Part shown: positions 14,716 to 23,571 of the stretch, piece by piece
Layout: the number at the start of each line of letters is the position of its first letter
How positions within the stretch are numbered: position 1 is the stretch's first letter
Source of the DNA: an uncultured Nitrososphaerota archaeon
GTDB lineage: Archaea; Thermoproteota; Nitrososphaeria; Nitrososphaerales; Gagatemarchaeaceae
DNA length: 32,000 nucleotides
Assembly: GCA_963820505.1 (NCBI GenBank)
Contig: CAWFZY010000005.1
Span: 418,046 to 450,045 of the forward strand
Direction: 5' to 3'
Translations under genes and position numbers: made by a program
Notes under the pieces: model-generated
The model's database searches: none
The model's input: the letters and a program-made list of their open reading frames with translations, nothing else
Told to the model about the DNA's origin: nothing

Positions 14716-15522
14716 ATGCGAGTCCAAGATTACGCGCCCCCGAAACTGACCCTCGGAGTGGTGGGACTCGTGGCGGTCATCATCCCGATCTTGCTCGGGT
14801 ACTTCCTCGTCAGCGGGCTGGGGACCAACCCGTCGTACACCTTTCCCGGCGGCGCGACCTCGGCCACCGCTCTCCGCCACCTCATCAGCAGCAAGCGGCG
14901 TCACCTCGATCTCGATACCCAGCGGGGCGGGCAACCCCTCGGGCGCGCCTGGCTACGCTCCAGACTCTGTCACCGTGGTGATCGGCGTGAACTCGACCGT
15001 GACTTGGACGAACGACGACACTGCCGGGGCTGGCGTCCCTCACACGGTCACTGCGCTCAACACGACCGATGGCACCCCGGCGTTCGACTCAGGCAACCTC
15101 CCCGCGGGGCAAGCTTTCACCTACGACTTCACGACACCAGGGACATACCTGTATCACTGCGACTATCACTCGTGGATGACCGGGACGGTCATCGTCAAGG
15201 CGGGCGTGCGAGACAGTAAAGGTGTCAATCCCCAGCCGGGTCGGGGACGCCGAGCGGCGCGCCGGGCTACGCTCCTGACTCGATCACCGTCGTCATCGGG
15301 GTGAACAACACCGTGACGTGGACGAACGACGACACGACCGGCCCTGGCGTCCCGCACACCGTGACCGCGCTCAACACGACGGCCGGCGCCCCGGCTTTCG
15401 ACTCCGGCAACCTGGTCGCAGGCGCGTCGTTCACCTACACGTTCACCGTCCCAGGAACCTATCAATATCATTGCGACTACCACTCGTGGATGACCGGGAC
15501 CGTCACGGTAGTCGCAGGATAG
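14716..15522 (+). CDS. membrane-anchored tandem double cupredoxin (type-1 blue copper, amicyanin/plastocyanin-like); reading frame interrupted three times
   Basis: The ATG at 14716 gives a TM anchor (LTLGVVGLVAVIIPILLGYFLVSGL) and a Ser/Ala/Thr linker. Two 98-aa domains follow (14912..15205 and 15225..15519). Each carries type-1 Cu ligands: H (PHTVTA) and C-x2-H-x2-M (HCDYHSWM). Frames run 1 -> 2 -> 0 -> 1. Confidence 0.7.
14912..15519 (+). repeat. internal tandem duplication: two cupredoxin-coding units (294 nt and 295 nt, period 313 nt)
   Basis: Unit 1 is 14912..15205 and unit 2 is 15225..15519. The translations are 82/98 identical. The nucleotide similarity includes GGCGCGCC.GGCTACGCTCC.GACTC..TCACCGT.GT.ATCGG.GTGAAC. 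Confidence 0.85.
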
Positions 15523-15698
15523 CCCACCTCCCAGCGGCACGTCGAGCTGCCCCTCATCGCTTCCACGGATCGCGACCGCACAGCACTAGAAGCGTCGAAA
15601 AGTTGTGCGGGCCAAATTCAGACTCTTAGCGGCGATTTGTCCGATTTCCTGTTCTACGCCACAGACTATCCGGTGCATTTTGCGCCGCTTTCAAGAGC

Positions 15699-15723
15699 GT
15701 CCATCAAGGGCCATGGACTTTTT
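15699..15723 (+). terminator. hairpin GTCCAT-N8-ATGGAC followed by T5
   Basis: 6-bp perfect stem (15699..15704 with 15713..15718) directly followed by TTTTT (15719..15723), in the 345-nt non-coding gap after the oxidase/cupredoxin operon. Confidence 0.3.
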
Positions 15724-15867
15724 CTTCGATAACGGTTTGATTAGACGAATTGGACGCTCATCTCCGAGGGGTGCCTTGCCCTAAAGACGCCTTCCGCCCG
15801 TCCTGAGTCTTCGTTTTCCAAAAAAACCGTGAATTTTGCTCCGTTACCGAGAGCTTAAATATCAACC

Positions 15868-16047
15868 ATGCGAGGTTGGACGCGAGCAAACGTGGTCACG
15901 GGCTACTGTGTCTACGAGAAGAAGAAGAACAGGGAGATCAAGACGCCCAAGCAAATCAAATTGAAGAACGGTCGGTTTGCTGTTCGGGGTACTTGCGGGT
16001 CCTGTGGAAAGCCTATTTTCCGCATCGGAAAGATGCCGACCAAGTAA
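15868..16047 (+). CDS. DUF5679-like small zinc-ribbon protein (missed by the >=60-aa ORF track)
   Basis: MRGWTRANVVTGYCVYEKKKNREIKTPKQIKLKNGRFAVRGTCGSCGKPIFRIGKMPTK. It matches the DUF5679 pattern (YCVKCK..R........NGR....G.C..CG......IG), but the first CxxC is reduced to a single Cys. A TATA-like TTAAATAT at 15855..15862 lies too close to the ATG, so a leaderless GTG start at 15892 (51 aa) is more likely. Confidence 0.6.
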   Translation: MRGWTRANVVTGYCVYEKKKNREIKTPKQIKLKNGRFAVRGTCGSCGKPIFRIGKMPTK

Positions 16048-16139
16048 TCGGTAAGGAAACAGGAATCTCCCCTCCTCTTTATTTTTACGAAACGAAGGAA
16101 GACCTTATCACGCACGTCCGGGGAACCGGGAGTCTCCAG

Positions 16140-17592
16140 ATGGTCCTCGTCCTCTACAACTCCCTCGGCAGGAGGCTCACGAAGTTCAAGCCCCTCTCAG
16201 GGAAGAGGGTGAAGATGTACACGTGCGGACCCACCGTCTACAACTACGCGCACATCGGCAACTTTCGGACGTTCGTCTTCGAGGACGTCCTCAGGAGGTA
16301 CCTGAAGCACAAGGGCTACAGCGTGCTCCAGGTCAAGAACATCACCGACGTCGAAGACAGGATAATCGAGGGCATCAAGAGGACCGGGATGAGCCTGCAG
16401 GAGCTCACCGACTTCTTCACGAAGGCCTTCATGGAAGACCTCGACACGCTCAACATCCAGAGGGCGGAGCAGTATCCGAGGGCGACGGAGTTCATCGACG
16501 AGATGGTGAAGGCGGTCGAGTCGCTGATGAAGAAGGGTTACGCCTATCGGGCGGAGGACGGCTCCATCTACTTCTCCATCAAGAAATTCCCCCGATACGG
16601 CAGGCTCTCCGGCATCAAGCAGGCCGAAGTGAAGTCCGGGACGCGCGTGGCCGCCGACCACTACGAGAAGATGGGCGCCAACGACTTCGCGCTCTGGAAG
16701 GCCTGGGACCCGGACGACGGCTCCGTCTTCTGGGAGACGAGCTTGGGCAAGGGGAGGCCGGGCTGGCACATAGAGTGCTCCGTCATGGCGATGAAGTACC
16801 TCGGGGCGAGCTTCGACATCCACACGGGCGGGAAGGACCTGAAGTTCCCGCACCACGAGAACGAGATCGCCCAGTCAGAGGCTCTCACGGGGAAGCGGTT
16901 CGTCAAGGTCTGGCTGCACTCGGAGTTCCTCAACATCAACGGAGAGAAGATGAGCAAGTCCCTCGGGAACTTCATCACGCTCAGGGACCTGGTGAAACAG
17001 GCCTGGAGCCCAAGAGCGATCAGGCTGTTCTTGATCAGCGCACACTACAGAGACGAACTGAACCTCACCGACAACTCGATGGGGCAGGCCGAGGCCACGA
17101 TGAAGAAGATCGACCAGTTCTACGAGAGGCTCTTGCAGGGGCAAGTGTCCGCGGCCAAGGGGAAGGCGTCTCGTCGCGGTCCGGCCCGTCAAGTCGCTGC
17201 TCCGGAGCTTCGACCTGGCCATGGACGACGACCTGAACACGCCGAAGGCGCTGGCCGCGCTCTTCGGGTTCCAGCGCAAGGTCAATGCGCTGATCGACTC
17301 CAGGCGACTCTCACGAGGCGACTACAAGCTCATCATAGACTCATTGGCGAAGGTCGACGATGTCCTGGGAATAATGCGGCTCGACCAGAGGGTCCGCCCC
17401 GGCCATCGAAGAGCCTGAGCAGGCGAGGAGAGCTCGGACATCCAGGCCCTGGTGGACGAGCGAGAGGAAGCCAGAAAGCTGAAGGACTACGCGAGGGCCG
17501 ATGCCATCCGCGAACAGCTGAAGGCGAAAGGGGTCGTGGTCCAAGACACGCCCGACGGCCCCGTCTGGCGCATCTTGTCAACGCCATCTTAA
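16140..17592 (+). CDS. cysS: cysteine--tRNA ligase (frame interrupted near 17160 and again around 17385..17437)
   Basis: The ATG at 16140 gives MVLVLYNSLGRRLTKFKP...MYTCGPTVYNYAHIGNFR (HIGH-type) ... KMSKSLGN. Frame 0 degenerates after ..SAAKG. Frame 1 continues with LVAVRPVKSLLRSFDLAMDDDLNTPKALAALF and ends ...DIQALVDEREEARKLKDYARADAIREQLKAKGVVVQDTPDGPVWRI, with the stop at 17590-92. The track ORF 15876..17627 has a spurious N-terminus and tail. Confidence 0.85.
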
Positions 17593-17653
17593 CCGATGCT
17601 CAAGTAGGTTCAATCCCGGTGCATTAGTTGCGACTCCGCGCAGTCGCTTCCCG

Positions 17654-20039
17654 ATGCAGCGCGAGCTCTCCCAGTTTTCGCACACGCGCGAGCTTTCTGC
17701 TTCGCAGCTCAAGCGGAGCATCTACCTCTTCAGGCGCGACCTGAGGGCCAGGGTAGAGCCCGACGGGTCGTCTTCGTGGGTCCACAGCGCGACGGCCCGG
17801 AAGCTGCTCTTCGGGAGAGAGACCACCGAGGTCTTCAAGATCCAATCAGGAGTGAAGATTGCGGTGAAGCCCCTGGACATCTCGGTCAGGGCGAGCCCCG
17901 CCAGCGTCTCGTACACGCACCGCGGGCAGGAGAAGGTCCAGGCGGCCCAGTCGGTCCGACTGGTGGTCGGGGACTGCGCGGGCTCGGTCAGGACGGTGAG
18001 GCTCACAAACAAGGGAGACGCCGTGGTGAAGCTGAGGGTCCTCTCGCTCCATGACCCTACCTCCCTCAACTACAGGAGGGAGCGCGACCCTCCAGGCGAG
18101 ATAGGCGTCAACGCCTTCAACCGCCACGACCAGGTCGTGATGGACGACGTGGGCGACACGACGGGGGTCCGGGTCGTCGGCTTCTCTCCGCGCCCCTCCA
18201 TCATCTACATGACCAAGGACAGGAGCCGGGCCGCCGAGCTTCTGGCGCTCGGGGAGCTTCCGGAGAGCTCGCTCGGGATGTCGGGCTCGGTCATCCTGCT
18301 CACTCAGCACGACCTCGATCTCCCGCCGGGCGCCACGGCGGAGGTGCGGAGCGTCTCGGTCTACCACCCGTCGTCGCTCGAATCGGCCCTCAACGCGGCG
18401 GCCCTGCGCCCGACGGAGGGCGAGGCTGACGTCGCCGAATCGCGAGGGATGGAGTTCGCCTCATCGAGCGCCTCGATGAACTTCGCCTTCGATTGGGCGA
18501 AGGCCGCGCTCTTCGCGATCGAGGGCGAAGGCAACCTCGCGGAGCGGCTGTGGTCTGGGGTGGCGCTCTCGATGATGAGGGGCGACTATTTCGAGAAGCT
18601 GGCCGAGTCTGTGAAGCGCAGCCTCAGGAAGGACGGCACCATCCGCTACTCGGAGGGCACGGCGGCCGGCGAGCACACGGAGAGGGCGGGGCCGGTGGAG
18701 ACCTCCCTGTATCTCTTGAGCGTCTGCGCCTATCTCAGCGCCCGGGCGCGCGACAAGACGCTCGTGAAGAAGTGGTATCCTCACCTGAAGAAGGTCGGCG
18801 ACGGGCTCGCGGGGATGGTCCGCGACGGGCTCGTCTCGTCGCCCCCTGACTCGCCCGACGGGTGGCGCCGGCGTCTCGGCGCAGGCTTCCCCACAGGAAA
18901 CTCCGCCGAGGTCAACCTCCTGGCCTTGAGGGCACTTCGGGACGCCTCCACCATCGCGTACCTCGCCGGCAAGGGGAGCGACTCCGCGAAGTTCCGCGAG
19001 CTCAGCGTGAGGCTCCTCAACGCGCTGAACGAGAGACTGAGGGACTCGGAGAGCGGCGTGCTGGCGCTGAACATCGACGGCCGCGGCGTCGTCCACAAGG
19101 AGATCACGATAGACCAGGCGGTCGGGCTCTCCTATTGCTCTCCGGACCAGAACCTGGCGTCCTCGGTCGTCCACAGGTTGCTCGAGAAGGACTTCGAGAC
19201 GGGCTACGGCCCTCGCACCGTCCCGGGTTCCAACAACCTGTACTACAGCTCGAGCTACGGAGAGGGTCAGCTCGGCGGCTACTGGACCAGGGCGGCCATC
19301 TCCCACGCCGTCCTCTCCTTCCTCACCGGCTACCCGAGCATAGGAAGCGCGCAGCTCGAGAAGGTCGCCCGACTCGTGCACCTCGACGCGGAGCGGCTCG
19401 GCGGGATGCCTGGCGAGATTCCCTACTGGATAGACACAGAGCGGAGGCAGATCGTTGGCGTCGGGCTCGGACCCCGTCGCGGCGTCCAGGTTCATCGAGG
19501 CGGTCGTGTTCGGGGAGGGAGGGCTCTCGCTTGGCTCTCAGGGAGCGAGGTTCAAGGTCCCCGAAGCTTCGCAGCTGAAGTGGCTCTTCATCCACGACCT
19601 CGATCTAGGCCGAAGGGGCTCGATCTTCGTCGGCAGGTCGACGGGGCGAGCTTTCGTGGTCTCGACCTTCGAGCAGGAGAGTCTGGAGGACTCGTCTCGG
19701 ACGAGCGGCCAGGGAGTGACGATCACGTCGTCGCGCCTTGCTGAATGCGAGCGAATCGGCGCCCAGGCGGGGCTCGAGGGCATCTTATTCTGGGACAACA
19801 ACTCGTCGCTCATCTGCCTCGGAAACACCGGCGGCTCTGCCTACTCGGGACTCGTCTCGGTCACGTTGAGGTCGAAGTCGTTCTCGACCGCCCTCTTCGC
19901 GCAGATGGAGGAGCTCCAGCAGGAGACGGGGCTGTGGAGCACGGTCGAGCGCGTCAAGCTCTTGAGCAGGCTCGAGACGAAGGTCGACCTTAGGCCGAAC
20001 TCGTGGAAGATGCTCAGGCTCTCTCGAGTCGCGCAATAG
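17654..20039 (+). CDS. large (alpha/alpha)6-barrel glycoside hydrolase/phosphorylase-like protein (amylo-alpha-1,6-glucosidase / GDE_C-like), one frame interruption near 19463
   Basis: The N-terminal beta-rich region is followed by ...SLYLLSVCAYL...NSAEVNLLALRALRDAS...GYGPRTV...YYSSSYGEGQLGGYWTRA, as in GDE_C/GH15-type barrels. Frame 2 turns to Arg/Gly-rich sequence after ..RQIVGVG. Frame 0 continues SDPVAASRFIEAVVFGEGG... to 20039. The family call is tentative. Confidence 0.6.
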
Positions 20040-20149
20040 CTCTCGAAGCGGCTCGGCGGCCTGGTGGCGTGAAGAAGGCGAGGGGCTCCCGAGGAGGACC
20101 TTCGACAGCGCTTATTAGGCGCGGCCCGCACGCATCTGCAGCTCGTAGA

Positions 20150-20299
20150 TTGGCGTCCTACCACAAGCCCACCGAAGAGAAGGTGAAGAAGGGCCACAAC
20201 CACCCGATCAAGGAGAAGTGCGGGGAGCACTGCCCCCGGAACGAGCACTACAAGGGGCCGGTGAAGAAGATGGACTTCTTTCACAGAAGAAAACGGTAG
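20150..20299 (+). CDS. hypothetical 49-aa basic His/Cys-containing protein (below the ORF-track cutoff as an independent gene)
   Basis: The TTG at 20150 gives MASYHKPTEEKVKKGHNHPIKEKCGEHCPRNEHYKGPVKKMDFFHRRKR. Codon usage is strongly GC3-biased and typical of real genes here. A TATA-like CTTATTA lies at 20111..20117. Confidence 0.4.
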   Translation: MASYHKPTEEKVKKGHNHPIKEKCGEHCPRNEHYKGPVKKMDFFHRRKR

Positions 20300-20444
20300 C
20301 GACGAGCCAGAGCCTGCGGGTTCAGGCTTCGTCAAAGGGGCCGGAGAGCCGTGCGCAGGTTAAGATGAGTTGGCCTCCAGATGTAAATGAAATCACTTCG
20401 GCGTTATTATCGGGAACGCTCCGAGATGAGAGGAGACGAACCAA

Positions 20445-21290
20445 ATGGGAACCATGAGCAAGGCTTCTGCGTCAGGATCAAGGACTGTGCTCGCCAGCAA
20501 GCAAGCGACCACGCGGATTATCGCGGTCGCCAACCAGAAGGGCGGCGTCGGGAAGACCGACCTTACGGTGAACCTCTCGTGCCAGCTGGCCTCGCTGGGA
20601 AAGAGGGTGCTGCTCATCGACCTGGACCCTCAGGCAAACGCGACCGACTATCTCGTCGCGCCCGGCAGCTCCTGCGGGGAAGACCACGGCTGACCTGCTC
20701 CTGGACGACTCTGTGACGCTTGACGACGTGGTGATGGAGAACTGCAGGGAGAACCTCGACATCATCCCCTCACATCAGGACCTGAGCTCCTGCCAGATAA
20801 GGCTCGCCAACGACATCAACATGCAGTTCAAGCTGAAGAAGAAGCTGAAGGCCATCACGGAGGGCAGTCGCAACTACGACTTCGTCTTCATCGACACGCC
20901 TCCTTCGCTGGGCCTGCTGATGGTCAACACCCTCACGGCCGCCAACAGGCGTGATAATCCCTGTCCAGACCCACTACTTCGCGATGGACGGCGTCGTCCA
21001 CCTCCAGGAGACGATCCAGAAGGTGAGGGAAGACATCAATCCCGGCCTGAAGGTGCTGGGGGTCGTCCTCACGATGTACGACAGGAGGACCCTGATCTCC
21101 AGAGAGGTAGGCGGAGAAGGTAAGAGACGAGTTCAGCGAGAGAGTCTTCACGACCGTGATCCCGGTCAACGTCAGGCTCGCAGAGGCGCCGAGCCACCAC
21201 AAGTCCATCTTCGAGTACGACTCCGACTCAACGGGCGCGAAGGCGTACCGAGAGCTTGCGAAGGAGATCCTGAGTTGCCCAGACGTCTAG
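20445..21290 (+). CDS. parA: ParA/Soj-type P-loop ATPase (three frame interruptions)
   Basis: Deviant Walker A ([15 protein letters not shown]) and DLDPQANAT. In successive frames (0 -> 1 -> 2 -> 0) the sequence reads [12 protein letters not shown]...[47 protein letters not shown]...[13 protein letters not shown] and [37 protein letters not shown]...[12 protein letters not shown]. This is a complete ParA if three single bases (about 20660-20680, 20947, 21110) are ignored. Confidence 0.8.
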
Positions 21291-21847
21291 GCGACGACCC
21301 GCTCGCCAGGGCAAGAGACGAGAGAGCGAAGGCCGCCCAGGCCTCAGCGCTCGTCGCGCCTGACTCCGGAGGGTCAGGAGGCGTGGCTCAACCTTCGTCG
21401 CGCACATCCTACAACGACGTCTTCTATCAGAGAAGAGCTGACGGTAGCAATCTTGTGGTCGCGAGCAGACCCAAGTCGCAGAGGCCAGAGGAACCCAGGA
21501 GACCTCAGAGATATCAGAAATCTCGGAGATCCCTGAGATTCGGGAGGTCGCCGCGGCGCCGGTAATTCAAGCCGGCGTAGACGCGACAGCCCAAGTCAGA
21601 GGCTGGGTCAGAGGGCTCACCGAGCACAGAGGCCCGGCCGGCTCCTCCAGTCTCAATAATCGAGGAGGTCGTGGCGAAGCTCAACGGGACGGTCGCGGGC
21701 ACAACTGCGGGCGTTCCAGATGCGAAGCCCGAGCAGGCGAATAGTCCAACCGCGCCTCAGGCCACAGACGATGGCAAGGGCGTTCCCCAAGCCGAGCCGC
21801 AGAAGAGCGGCGGGTTCTTCAAGCGGCTCTTCGGCAAGTTCAAGTGA
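21275..21847 (+). CDS. ParA-adjacent partner protein: basic N-terminus, acidic/Pro-rich disordered middle, C-terminal MinD-like amphipathic helix (frame path uncertain)
   Basis: The TTG at 21275 overlaps the parA 3' end and gives (M)[21 protein letters not shown]... in frame 2. Frame 1 gives ...TQETSEISEISEIPEIREVAAAPVIQAGVDATAQ. Frame 2, from 21581, gives ...PKSEAGSEGSPSTEARPAPPVSIIEEVVAKLNG...QKSGGFFKRLFGKFK, stopping at 21845-47. The two later segments have no start codon of their own. Confidence 0.35.
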
Positions 21848-21954
21848 CGCTGGGCGATCTTCGAGCCATCCCTCGCGAGAACCACGCGACGCCGCTGTCG
21901 ACCGCCACGCCTCTCCGACAAACGCGTATTACCGACCGGTAGCCCCGCACCATC

Positions 21955-22344
21955 ATGATCCTTGTCGACTGCTCCGACCTCTCGGCTGACGAGAAGCTCG
22001 CCCTCGCCTCGCAGATCTCCGACAAGCTCGAGGGCGTGGCCGTCGCCCTGGTCAGAGGCGAGGACATCGTCTTGGATGCCCTCTCCGACGAGAGACCGGA
22101 ACCTTCCGCGGTGAAGGACGCTGTCACAAGCTTCGTCTCGCGGAGGAAGGACGCCGCGCACTACGCCGTGGAAGTCGCCGGCGAGAGGATCGTCGTACGT
22201 TCGGCAAACCCGGTCTCGGCCATGAGAAAGAAGGAGCAGAACCAACTCCCCCCGAATCTCAGACCGTGCCCGTTCTGCGGGTTCGTCACCCAGTACGAAG
22301 ATCTACTCATGCTCCACATCCGTCTGCACGGCAGCGTCGTCTGA
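21955..22344 (+). CDS. hypothetical protein with C-terminal C2H2-type zinc finger
   Basis: 129 aa. The C-terminus CPFCGFVTQYEDLLMLHIRLH has C-x2-C-x12-H-x4-H spacing. The N-terminal ~100 aa show no recognisable family. Confidence 0.55.
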   Translation: MILVDCSDLSADEKLALASQISDKLEGVAVALVRGEDIVLDALSDERPEPSAVKDAVTSFVSRRKDAAHYAVEVAGERIVVRSANPVSAMRKKEQNQLPPNLRPCPFCGFVTQYEDLLMLHIRLHGSVV

Positions 22345-22463
22345 CCTTCAGCGACCTGATTCGCTCCTCTTGCTGAACGGAGGATGCGTGTCTACATGGA
22401 GCGACCCTAAACATCATAAACTTCTCCAGTCGACGCCTGTGGGAAGGTAGACTCTTCTTCAAT

Positions 22464-23465
22464 TTGAGCAGGACACGCGTGTCTCTCGGCGAGGGGATAA
22501 TGGTCGACCATGGGGTCATGAGGTACGCGCTCGACCCGAAGGCTCCGGTCAAGTCCGACTACACCTTCGTCTCCCACGCGCACATGGACCACGTCGAGAA
22601 GCCCCACCCAAAGTCGAAGGTGCTCGCCTCGAAGGAGACCGTCCTCCTCGCGCGCGCCAGGGGGGTCGAGCTGGAAGCAAACAGGCACGAGCCGCCAGAA
22701 GGCGTGTCGCTCCTCGACTCCGGACACATCCTCGGCGCGAGGGCGCTATACATCGAGGACGAGCTGCTCTACACGGGAGACGCGGCGGGGAGGGAGCGCG
22801 CGTTCATGTGCCGGTGCAGGACCAAGAAGGCCAGGGTGCTGATAACCGAGACGACCTTCGGCGACCCTCGCTACATCTTCCCGCCACTCGACCAGACCGT
22901 CAAGCTGGTGAACGAGATGATAGGCCACACCTTCGACAAGGGGAGGCCTGTGGTCCTCATGGGCTATCCCCTGGGCAAGTCGCAGATTCTCTCCTATCTC
23001 TTCTCCTCCTGGAACCCGTTCTTCGTCCACGAGTCGGTCGCCCAGATGAACGACATCTACAGGGACTCGGGCGTGCCGCTGAAGAGGGAGGCCAAGACCA
23101 TCGCCCGGACCCTCGAGGGGCTGCCCCAGGGCCCGTGGGTGATGGTCGCCCCGATGATGAGCTCGCGGAACGGGCTCGCCGTGAGGCTCAAGAAGGAGTA
23201 CGGGGCGGTCCTCGCCGCCTTCAGCGGGTGGGCGGTCGAGAGAGGGTACGGGAGCTACCTGGGCGCGGACTACTCGTTCCCGCTGAGCGACCACTGCGAC
23301 TACGCCGAGCTCCTGCGGCTCGTCAGGGACGTCTCCCCGGAGGTCGTCTACACCACGCACGGGTTCACGAACGAGTTCGCGAGGACGCTGCGAGGCGAGG
23401 GGTTCGACGCGAAGCCGCTCGACGGGTACCAGGCCGCGCTCTCGGACTACCATGACGACACCTAG
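22464..23465 (+). CDS. beta-CASP / metallo-beta-lactamase-fold nuclease (COG1236-like)
   Basis: Motif 2 SHAHMDH, motif 3 DSGHILGA, motif 4 YTGD, beta-CASP motif A LITETTFG, PLSDHCD, and motif C TTHG. TTG start at 22464, with an alternative ATG at 22500. Confidence 0.75.
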   Translation: MSRTRVSLGEGIMVDHGVMRYALDPKAPVKSDYTFVSHAHMDHVEKPHPKSKVLASKETVLLARARGVELEANRHEPPEGVSLLDSGHILGARALYIEDELLYTGDAAGRERAFMCRCRTKKARVLITETTFGDPRYIFPPLDQTVKLVNEMIGHTFDKGRPVVLMGYPLGKSQILSYLFSSWNPFFVHESVAQMNDIYRDSGVPLKREAKTIARTLEGLPQGPWVMVAPMMSSRNGLAVRLKKEYGAVLAAFSGWAVERGYGSYLGADYSFPLSDHCDYAELLRLVRDVSPEVVYTTHGFTNEFARTLRGEGFDAKPLDGYQAALSDYHDDT

Positions 23466-23494
23466 CCGCTGGGAGTCCTCGAGGAGCCGAAGGA

Positions 23495-23502
23495 TTTTAA
23501 AA
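23495..23502 (+). promoter_or_regulatory. TATA-like box (TTTTAAAA) upstream of ileS
   Basis: The only A/T-rich block in the 106-nt gap, 40-70 nt upstream of the candidate starts (GTG 23542, ATG 23572). Confidence 0.35.
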
Positions 23503-23571
23503 TCGATTTCGTCCCAGCTTTGTGCGGCAAGAAGCGCATGAGTGATTATCAAATCCGTGCCCAGTGAGCCA

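Noticed and set aside
17416-17418. In-frame TGA in cysS, considered as selenocysteine or stop-codon reassignment.
   Set aside because: TGA is used as a normal terminator by several well-defined genes in the window, and no SECIS-like context was noticed. A sequence error is more likely.
17200-17627. Tail of track ORF 15876..17627, and its N-terminal 88 codons upstream of 16140.
   Set aside because: The tail is out-of-frame cysS (low-complexity Arg/Gly/Pro). The N-terminal part overlaps the DUF5679-like ORF in another frame and crosses A/T-rich promoter-like sequence.
17630-17647. Hairpin GCGACT-N6-AGTCGC between cysS and the glycosidase-like gene, considered as a terminator.
   Set aside because: It is followed by only two T residues, and it sits 7 nt before the next ATG. 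That is too weak to call.
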